A stretch of DNA of 64,000 nt from Octopus vulgaris (taxonomy: Eukaryota): positions 61,132,001 to 61,196,000 of the forward strand of contig OX597826.1 in assembly GCA_951406725.2 (NCBI GenBank), in the 5' to 3' direction. Positions 13,371 to 24,643 of the stretch are shown here, one piece after another. How positions within the stretch are numbered: position 1 is the stretch's first letter; every line of letters begins with the position of its first letter. The notes under the pieces are model-generated. The model was not told the DNA's origin, did no database searches, and was given only the letters and a program-made list of their open reading frames with translations. The position numbers were made by a program, and so were the translations under genes.

Positions 13371-14059
13371 AGATACATACATACATGCACGCATGCATGC
13401 ATATATACATACACAGATACATACATACATACATACATACATACATACATACATACATACACGCACGCATACATACATACATACATACATACATACATAC
13501 ATACATACATACATACATACATACATACATACATACATACATACATACATACATACACGCATGCATGCATGCATACATACATGCATAGTGGCACTCCATT
13601 AGTTACGACGACCTAGGGTTCCAGTTGATCCGATCAACCGAACAGCTTGCTAGTGAAATTAACGTTGCAGGTGACTGAGTACTCCACAGACGCGCGTACC
13701 CTTAACATAGTTCACTGGGAACTTCAGCGTGACACCAAGTTTGACGAGGCCAGCCCATTTTGAAATGCAGGTCCTACTCATTTATATAGGAAAGAAAGGA
13801 AAATCACATACCATTGGTATGTGATTAGTAAGATGTTAAATTTCCTTAGACGTTTCTTATTTTAAAAAAAAGCGGTAATGACACAAAAGAATGAATACTT
13901 GATCTTAAATCAAGAAAGTTTTTAAATGGGACTTTACATGATGGTATTCTATACCTTATCAACGATTCTATGAAGGTGTCAATGATCTATGAACCTCGGC
14001 GATCCCTCCTATCATAGTCGCTCGAATCCCAGTTTTTAACAATAAATCATTTCATAATC

Positions 14060-14262
14060 ACGGAGATGTACTCGCATAGCAAGTAATTTTATCTGAGATC
14101 GTGTGCTGAAACGAAAACAATTGCAGCGTGGAAGGTGTTTATAAGCCATTTAAGAAACACACAAAAGCCGTTCGATTCACTTCAACATTTAAGTTTAATT
14201 TGTCAAAATATTTTCGTCGCTAAAATCCGCGACCTGTTCACTGACAAAAATCCGTGCTGCAT
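14060..14262 (-). mobile_element. Short dispersed repeat carrying a hammerhead motif (14199-14248); a degenerate relative lies at about 49895-49990
   Basis: Shared TAGCAAGT..ATC.GAG..C.TGTG.TG.AAC.GAAACAA segment; hammerhead fold described in findings. Confidence 0.55.
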
Positions 14263-15210
14263 CTCATAATCAAACTTTACAAGAGTTACCTCCCTCTAAA
14301 GTATTATCTCCCTTTAAATAAAATGAACGTATATAACACGGTTTCTCTCTCCACTACAACAAATATACCTATTTCTTTATTGCTCACAAGGGGCTAAACG
14401 CAGAGGGGACAAACAAGGACAGACAAACGGATTAAGTCGATTATATCGACCCCAGTGCTTAATCGGTACTTAATTTATCGACCCCGAAAGGATGAAAGGC
14501 AAAGTTGACCTCGGCGGAATTTGAACTCAGAACGTAATGGCAGACGAAATACGGCTACGCATTTCGCCCGACGTTGCTCAAGACTACATGCTTGTTTGAT
14601 CTTTGGTTTGTTTTTTGTGGGGGGGTTTAGCCATCGGATTGCTAAAAGAAAATAATAGCCTGCTCCATTTTCTAGAATTAGGCCACCGAAACCTACAACC
14701 GTTTATTTAAATCGACAATAAATTCTATTCCTCTAGTGATCCCTTTAATTTACTCTTTTACTTGTTTCAGTCATTTGACTGTGGCCATGCTGGAGCACCG
14801 CCTTTAGTCGAACATATCGATCCGAGGACATATTCTTTGTAAGCCCAGTACTTATTCTACCGGTCTTTTTTGCCGAACTGCTAAGTTACTGGGACGTAAA
14901 CACACCAGCATCGGTTGTCAACCGATGTTGGGGAGACAAACACAGACACACATATACATGTATATATATATATACATATATGCGACGGGCTTCTTTCAGT
15001 TTCCATCTACCAAATCCACTCACAAGGCTTTGGCCAGCCCGAGGCCATAGTAGAAGACACTTGCCCATGGTGCCACGCAGTGGGACTGAACCCAGAACTA
15101 TGAGGTTCGTAAGGAAGCTACTTACCACACAGCCACTCCTATGCCTATAGTTTACATAACAATAGGAAATATTGGTAACATAAAGAAAATTAACTTCTTT
15201 AATCACACAG

Positions 15211-15251
<41 letters not shown>

Positions 15252-15396
15252 TTAATTAGAAGTTAAAATAGCCTCATTAAGAGATAAAAATATCCAATGA
15301 ATTACTGGTTCATTGCCTAGTATATTTTGGGAATAGTGATATTTGCAGTTAATAAATAATATTAATGCTACGTCTCTATTTTCTGTATTTTATTTT

Positions 15397-15439
<43 letters not shown>

Positions 15440-15981
15440 AGGTGGTACCAAAAGTTCCCATGTCAGCTCTGATTCACCAGGGCTATAATCAAAGGGATTA
15501 TATATTTGTTACCATCCGGATCTTTTTTGTTTTTCTTAAAATATAGTATGAAGCCTTTATTCAATGATGGACACTGGCTGGCTTGGACTTGCCAAGTGCC
15601 TTAAATTTATCACAAGAAGAAAAGATATCATTGATGATTCAACCCTAGCAGCTATGTTTGTATGTTTGTATGTATGCATACATATATATATCATCATCAT
15701 CATCGTTTAGCGTCCGTTTTCCATGCTAGCATGGGTTGGACGGGCTAGCATGGGTTGGACACATAAGAGATGGCCATAATAGGACATCTGACTCACTAGA
15801 AAGAGCAGTTAAACTCCAAACCACTAATAGTTGTAATTCTGACAGAATCCTATTATGGCCATCTCTTATGTGTATAAATGTATATTATATAATCTATTGA
15901 CTATTTTTTCCTTCTCGCTAGACCACTGGTAGAGAATTTTTCTAGAATTCTTTTTGCTACCCAAAAATTTATTAATATATG

Positions 15982-16021
<40 letters not shown>

Positions 16022-17636
16022 TTGTGTCTGGGTGGGTCATTATGCCAGTAATAATAAACACATGCACTGATTTAATTTCACTTCCTTATTGTTTGTCAAG
16101 AGGTTAAATATCCAACCAACCAACTAACCAATCACTCATTTAATGTGTTGGTTAAGCAATCAATTTGTTTTTGTTTGTCGAATTTTTTTGTTGTCAGCAT
16201 TTGCAACCTCATCGATGAAACGACCTCTCTCTTCAAGATCTGCCTCGAATCTGTCTGTGAATTAGTCTTATGCCTGTGAGTATGTATGTTTGTATTTGCA
16301 TGTAGGTGTGCGGTTGCTTAGAAGAAGAGAAGGGTGAGAGTAATCAGAGAATATGTGTGCGCTTGCAAGTGTGCGTGCTTCAGTGTGTACACTAACATGC
16401 CTGCCTGTATATGTGTTTGTGTATTTGTGAGTGTGTATGCATTGGCCATCAGTCACTTCTTTAATGGTTCAGACTTTATATTCAAGGTCAGCTCAGTCTC
16501 AGATCTGCTGGGATTTTTTCATCATCCTGTGAAGATTTATGGGTGAAGTTCATTATGTGGAGAGAGAGAGAGAGGAGGGGGTACTTCTGAGTGATCAGAC
16601 ATGGGAAGGGCATAAATTGTTAGCAACAGTAGTTTTGTTCTGTTGTTTCTTTTTGTAACTATTTTGGAGGTCTTCTGTCATTATTACTGTTGTCGGCGAT
16701 GAAATAGCCCCTGGAGGCAGTACTTCTTGTGTTGCTTTTGCTGTTGCTGCCACCGTTGGTCTTACTGTTACCATAGCTTCCATTTTTGTAGCTACTATTG
16801 GTAACACTATTCATATTGTTGTGCTGATACTAGTGGAGGTCTTCCTTCAGCTGTCACTTTCTGTAGTTGGGGACAGAAAGGCCTTGAAGGTGATCCGTGT
16901 TATCCCAATTGTGGCATCTAGATTTTCACCAACTGCAGATGCAACCCTCCTGAGATCTTTATTAGGCTGCGGATCCAATTCTGTGTCTCGGATTTTATAT
17001 GAATGAACGTCTCTACTTCCATCACAACCCAGTTACTCTATACAGCCATGCTAGCAGGCATGAGTAACGAAAGTCTATATTCATCTAGAAGCTTTTGAAG
17101 CACAGTTCAATTGGCTTTGGAGAGACTCCTTCCAGTCTACACCTCTTCAGCAATATACATCAGTAAATTGACATTCTTCTATCTGCCTGCTTTAAAGAGC
17201 TGCAGTGATATTGTGAGTGTAGCTTTACTACCATGTCAGTTGATGTATTTCCATGCTTGTTCTAGATATTGATGTTTTCATCTAACAGGATTAAAACGTT
17301 TAAGCAACACCTGCAAACAAGTTGCTTTTTACACTGCTTTCATTGCTGCTGTTGTTTGTTTGTTTGTTTGTTGAGCAAAGCGGTCTTCGTGGGAGAACTT
17401 CGAAACGTGGTCCTTTGCTATTTGTAAGACCCGCAGAAGAGAAAGCAGGTTGACGGTTGCGTAGGAAGTCGGGGACAAGAAACTGGAAGAAAGAGTGAGA
17501 CAAAGTTGGAGCGAAAGAGTACAACAGCGGTCGCCACCACCCCCTGCCGGAGCCACTATAGTCTCGGGTCGACCAATGCCTTGTGAGTTGAATGGAAACT
17601 GAAAGAAACTTGTGTGTGTGTGTATATATATATATG

Positions 17637-17668
<32 letters not shown>

Positions 17669-18924
17669 CACGCACATATGTGTGTGTGTGTGTTTGTGCA
17701 TCCATCACTACTCGGGTCGACCAATGCCTTGTGAGTTGAATGTTTGGTGAACAATGATGAATCATAATTCAATGATGAAAGTGCGTCAGTTGAACAAGGA
17801 CTTGTTAACAATAGAAAGCAACACGTCAACAAGACGTTGAGTAAACGTTTTGTTGACGTATGCATGAAGAACTATTAGATTACCATATTTGCTAGCATAT
17901 ATTACACACTTTTTTTTTACCAGAAAAATGTCTCAGGATATCACCTCAGATCATATAAGTGAAGTTGTGCATTCTTTAATACACTCAAAACGATTCTCCT
18001 TGAATGTACGCTGCTTATGTTGGGATGCACCAAAGATTCCTGTGTGTCTTTTATGCCATTAAATAATTACTAAGTAATATTAGAGGGAAAATGTGGAGGT
18101 GCGTGGCATAGTGGTTAAGGCGTTGTACTCGTGATCTTAAGATTGTGGATCTGATTCCTGGACCAGGTGATGCAGTGTGCTTTTGAGCAAAACACTTCAT
18201 TTTATGTTCCTCCAGTCCACACAGTTGGCAAAAATGAGTAGTCCTGTGACAGATCAGAGTCCCATACAGGGAGGAATATATATGCTACAGAAATCAGGAA
18301 ATTAGCTCTGTGCTAATTACAGAGTAATGTACACTAACTGACTGAGGGAAAGACAGTCACCAGATTATGGTGACAAATCGATTGTAAGTGCAAGTATTGA
18401 GGGGAGGATATGGTGAATAAAAACAGGTACTTCATGGGATAGCAAAGCAATATCCAGTGATAAAAAGTAGAATCTTTTTGAAGAGTTAAATCAACTGAAT
18501 CAACCCTATTATAATGCAGAAACCTTAATTCTTAACAACTCTAGTGGGACATCAATACAGAGGGACAAGGCAATGTTAAGTCCAATGACTTTATTTCAGC
18601 CAACTCATTACTGAAATAACAAGGGTTTCTGACTTGGATACAGTTCTATTGGCCAGGTTTCCACCCAATCATCATCATCATCATTTAACATCTGCTTTTC
18701 AGGTTGGCATGGGTTGGACGGTTTGACAGGAAACAGGCAAGACAGAGAGCTGCACCAGGCACTATTTCTCCGTTTTGGCATGGTTTTTAAAGCTGGATAC
18801 TCTTCTGAATCCCAACCACTTTACAGAGTGTACACAGTACTCTTTACGTAGCACCAGTACTTCATACATGGCACCAGCACAGGTGCTTTATATGTGACAC
18901 CAACATGGGTCCTTAAACACAAAT

Positions 18925-19140
18925 CAGTTTTGCTAAGCAACTTGATCCATCACCCCAACTTTCATTTCATGAATAGGATCCAATCCTATATCCTCCTTCA
19001 GATGATGTAAATATCTAATATAAATATCAGAAATATCTGAAATAAATTTCAGATAACGTCTCCCATGCTTGCTGGTAACATGCAAGGTACCATGAAGTAG
19101 GTCCCAGAGCACAAGTTTTGATACATCTTCCTGGTGCCGC
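18925..19140 (-). mobile_element. RTE-group LINE 3' fragment
   Basis: RHQEDVSKLVLW...GRRYLKFISD...LKEDIGL resembles the RTE ORF C-terminal GRP..W/Y.D..D motif. Confidence 0.5.
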
Positions 19141-19863
19141 ATTATTCTCTAATCTTGTTAATCCCTTTTGGAAGGCTTCCGCAGACACATTCATTGGTTA
19201 TGTGCTATGTGCTGTTGCCATTTCACATCCAGGGCCATTTAGGTACAAGGCCAGCAATTTTAAGGAGAGTGGGGAGCAACCAATACCACCAACCCCAGGA
19301 ATTACTGGTATTTTATTTCATCAAACCTGAAAATATGAAGAACAACGTTGGCCTTGGTAGGATTTGAAATCCTGCAGAGAATTTTCTCTAACATGCAAAT
19401 GATTCGGCCACAATATTGTTGAAACAGTAAAGTCAAAAAATAGAGAGAGAAAAAGTGATTAGAAATGAAATTTTAAAAAGAAAAAAGCAGACAAATATTT
19501 TTTTTATCTCATTGTTTGTTATTCAGGGTTGAAATTCGAAAAAAAAAAAAAAAAACTGAAATATCACATTGTATACGATAATACGATATATATATATATA
19601 ACCAAATCTATATACATTTAATATATACATATACATATATATATACATAAAATATATATATATATACATACATGCAAACCTAATATACATATTAATACAC
19701 AAACGAAAGTTGTTGACGAAAAATTTTTTGTTTAAAAAAATTTCAAAGGGAGTAAAAATATAAATACATGAAAAAAAAAATGTATGCGTGTGTGTGAATA
19801 CTTATATATATACATACCTATATATCTCTATATATATATATATAATGTATGTATGTATGTATG

Positions 19864-19918
<55 letters not shown>

Positions 19919-20138
19919 CAAGAAAGGTGATAGAGAGGTGGGGTGATAGAGAACAGTGAACAAATGCACTCATGAAATATATTCACATTTCATACATAAC
20001 AGAAGTATATATTTTTTTTTCAAGTGTAAGTATATATCTCTCTCTCTCTCTTTCTCTCTCCCTCTCACACACATATTGCAGTAGGTAATTATGTGAGTGT
20101 ACAACAGTCTATATGCATATATGCGTGTGTGTGTATAC

Positions 20139-20180
<42 letters not shown>

Positions 20181-20718
20181 TCACACACCCACAAACACAT
20201 ACATTTATAGTAAGTATATTACATAAATTTGTGTGTGAGTGTGATTATTTACCTTTTGTTTTGTTTTGTTTTTTGGTGTTTTTTTTTTTGGGGGTTGTTT
20301 TTTTTTTTTACATTTTGCACTTAACCAATTTCGTGACAGAAGAATAGCCACTATCATTGGAAACAACACCACCACAGCACTCAGACACCTCTCACACCAG
20401 TGTGTGCCTGTGGGTGCTTCTGTGAGTGTGTGTGTGTGTGTGTGTGTATGTGTGTGTGTATAGTCATATCAAGTTTATAGAGCTTACTTTTACTTTTTTT
20501 TTTTTTTATCAACTCATCACCCACCAGCTGCAACAGACAAAAACAGAAAGTACAATTCCTACACCACCAAAACTTCACTCCAGCAACCTAGCCTAACCCC
20601 GCTTCCCTTTGGAAGGTCTTGAATTCAGAAATGAGGGGCACAAAACAAATCATACACACTTTTTTTTTTACCTCAGTTGCTTACACCACACATATATGTA
20701 GGTGTATATGTATTGGCG

Positions 20719-20794
<76 letters not shown>

Positions 20795-21996
20795 TGAGCA
20801 TCTAATCTCATTTATTTATTTATTATTCAAAAACTTCAGTCTCACGAGGCAGATGGTGTAGCAACCTCCAAACCATCACACACACACACATCCATGTACC
20901 TCCTCTACTCCACAGATTGCTTTCAACCTCTAGTGGTGGGGGTAAACTGACAGCAGATGACCTCCAGGAAGGCTAATGTGAGATACACACACACGCACAC
21001 ACACACACACGCACACAATAATTTCATAATCAAGACTTCAAGTTTTGCCTTTTTATGATTTTGGTTTTTATTTTTTTGGGTTTTGCTTTCATTTTTAAAA
21101 CAAGCTGTTGTTGTTTCATATCCCACCATGGGGCTACTGACAACGTCAACCTATAAAGCGGAAGGTCAGAGTGAAGGGTGGGGTGGAGATTAAAATAGAA
21201 GAAAAAATGTCTTTCAAATAAATAATGAAGTATTAAAAAAATGTTGATTATACATTTTTCCTCTAACACTTGTAGCCTCTCCCTAAACCCCTCTCAGTTC
21301 CCTATCCCTTCTCTCCTTTTAACCCTTTCTCCTCTCCCTAATACCCTGTCCTCTCACTATGCCCCCTCTCCCTATTTCTTCCACTAATTAATTTTTAAAA
21401 ATGTTCAATAAGTTGAAACCCAAATTCTGCAGTTTCAGTTAAGCAAGAAAAAAAAATGAACAAAAAATAAATAGAATAAAAATCAGTTCACAGCTGCATC
21501 ACTGCACACTGCACACTTCAATGACATCGCATTGTTATTATTTTTAATTTTGGCAAAAAAGTCAGCAACGTTCAGGGGAAGGGGCAGTGGTCAGTTGACA
21601 CCTCCAACCATCCCCCCACAACACCCAAGTATTTGACTGGTATCTTATTTTCATTAACCCCGAAAGGACAAACAGCAAAATTGACTGTAAAGGGATTCGA
21701 ATGCAGAACATAAAAAAACTAGAATAAGCACCACAAGGTATTTTTCTGTTGTCAATCAAATCACCATAGTAACAATAATAATTGTTTCTAACTTAGGTAC
21801 AAGACCAGCAATTCGATAAGTCAATAGCACCAGCCCCAGTTTTTGACTGGTACTTTATTTTATTGATACTGGAAGGATGAAAGGCAAAGTTGACCCTGGC
21901 TGGATTTGAACTCAAAAAGTAAAGAGCCGCAACAAAAACCACTAGGTACTTTTGTTCCAACACTAATGATTCAGCCATCTCGCTGCCTTAATAACA

Positions 21997-22042
<46 letters not shown>

Positions 22043-23361
22043 TAATGGTTTGTGATTTTGGCACAAAGCCAGGAATTTTTATGGGAAAGGGTTGGTTGAA
22101 TCCATCAACCCCAACAACAGTAAATGACTGGTGCTTTATTTTTATCAGCCCTGGTGGTGGGGCAAAGGCAAAGTAGTTAGCTCCGGCAGAAATTGAACTG
22201 GAGTCAGAACAAATACCCCAAAAAAAAATTTTTTTTTTTTTTCTCACCACTCCACAAATTCTCCCGACTCACTAGCATCTAACAACAATAATATTAATAG
22301 CAACAACAATAATAATAATAATAATAATAATAATTCTTTCAAACTTTGGCACAAGGCCAGCAACTTTAACAGAGGGAGTAAGTTGATTATACTGATCCCC
22401 GTGTTCACCTGGTACTTATTTTATCATCCCTGAACGGATGAAAGGGACAAGAGACCTCAGGCAATAAAAGCCAGAAGAAATGCCCCTGAATATTTTGTCC
22501 AACATGTTAACAATTCCGGCATAACAATAAATAATCTCTATTATAGTCACAAGTGCAGATAATTTAGTGGGAATAATTGATCTCAAGGGCCTCCCTCATT
22601 TAGCCTTCTTCTACTTTAGAATTTGCTTGCAACTTATAAATGAGAAGAATAAACTACAAAAGCCGACTCCGGCAGGAGGATTAGAACTCAGAACCTACAA
22701 GAAAGTAACTAAATATAGAAATTGGTTAATTAGTCTCTGCCACTAACAATTGTGCCAATCACCTACCAGTAATAATGATGATGATAATAATAATAATAAT
22801 AATAAGTCACCATGTCATGCACATATGGTTGTGATGCACGTGCCTGGTGTACCCTTATCAGACGGGTAGTCACAATGGGTATACTGGGCTTCGTATGTTT
22901 TACCCCAGTGTCACTTTGATGGCATGCACTGCTCTCTCACTCAATAATAATAATAATAATAATAATAATGATAATAATAATAATAATAATAATGATACTA
23001 ATAATAATGATTTCTACCATAAGCACAGAACTTGAAACTTTAGGAGGAGGGGACAGTTGAATTTGTAGCCTCAGAAGAATGAAAGACAACAGAGACCTCG
23101 ACAGGATTTGAACTCAAAAAGTCAAGTGGTGTCACTAAATACCACACTGCAATTTGCCCGGCTCTAACAACTGTTTTGATGATGTTATAGAGATAGAGTG
23201 TGGCATTGCAATATGAGTGGAGCCGAGTGGAAGGAAAGAGAGAGGGGGGATGGAGGGATGATGAGGGAGAGGGGTTATTACACAGCTAAGTTGCACAGAG
23301 GTGATGGTGGTGGTGGTGTTGGGTGGTGGTGTTCGTGTTGTGGCTGGTCAGGTGAAGGTTT

Positions 23362-23477
23362 TCAAAATGTATGAGCGTTCCGACAGACACCGCAGCCAAG
23401 AGCAAATTCTTCCCCTGTTGGCGGATGTTGGACATTTAAAGGACACTCATCTGCCTCCATTGCTTGAGCTTTGGGAC
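23362..23477 (-). CDS. MYCBP2: MYCBP2 last coding exon [38 protein letters not shown]
   Basis: TGCAG| acceptor; TGA at 23362-23364; canonical PHR C-terminus. Confidence 0.98.
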
Positions 23478-24589
23478 CTGCAACGATAGAGAGAAAAGAA
23501 AACAGTCAAGGTAGGAGAAATGGTAGCAAAACACGGGGGGGGATAGGGGAGTGATGATTTGGGTGGTGGCTGTAGTGGTGGTGAAGGCTACAGCAGTGCT
23601 GATTGTAGTAGTAGTGGTGGTGGTAGTGGTGATGGCAGTGGTTGTGGTGGTGATGATACTTGTCACAACTTCGTCATGCTGTTGCTGATGTTGTTGTTGT
23701 TGTTAAGCAACAAGACGGGTAAGGGTGATTAGGTGATGGTCTAGGGCTTAGAGGTGGGAGACCCCAGACCTTGGAAAGAAAAAAAAAAAATTATGGTCGT
23801 CTTGTTGTAGTCGAGGGCTCTTCGTTGACGCCTGACACCACTGGGAGGTGGTGGCCCTCGAAGTCGCTGGAAATGGGGATCTCCAAGTCCAAATTCTTGA
23901 ACGGCTGCTGTTGCTGATGATTAAAGTGGTTGAGATGATGGTGGATGTGATGATGATGGTGGTGGTGATAATCATGGTGGTTGTGATGGTTATGGCGGTG
24001 GTGGTGATTCTGGTAGTGGCAAGAATGATAATGCTGAGACTAATAGCAAATGAAAAATTTAATGAAACATAAAACAATATATGCAGTAGTAGTAAAAATA
24101 GTGGTGGTGGTGGTGGTGGTGGTGGTAGTAGTAGCACTGTAGTTTAACCTACCAGCAGGACATCTTGGTAAATCAGCTTTTGGAATGTTGGTAACTCTTT
24201 GGAAATCATCGTGACAGGTATTGCAGAAATGAGTCGTTCCAAAACAGAAAAATACAGCAACAGAACAGCAATATCGACATTTGTATTCTAGAAAATCAGT
24301 TCCATGTTTCGGACATAGCTGAAAAGAAGGAATAGAGAGAGGCGGGGTGAGTTGTAATGGTGGTGGTGAGTGTATAAACAGCAGAATGGGTGGTAGTAAT
24401 ATTTGGTTTCAAATTTTGGCACAAGGCCAGCAATTTTAGGGGTGGGGTTAAATAGATAACATCGACCCCAGTGATCAACCGGTACTTATTTCATCAAATC
24501 TGAAAGGATGAAAGGCTAAGTTGACCTTGGCAGAATCTGCACCCAAAACGTAAAGACAGGTGAAATGCTGCTAAGCACTCTACCTGGCA

Positions 24590-24643
<54 letters not shown>

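Noticed and set aside
16560-17300. Higher-complexity segment with short ORFs (16595-16807, 16821-17006)
   Set aside because: Multiple stops, no recognisable domain or consistent splice chain; possibly a decayed retroelement ORF1 but unsupported.
23425-23445. Asn in CPLNVQH where human has His (CPLHVVH), suggesting loss of a zinc ligand
   Set aside because: As I recall the human structure, the ligand is the second His (C-x5-H), which is retained.
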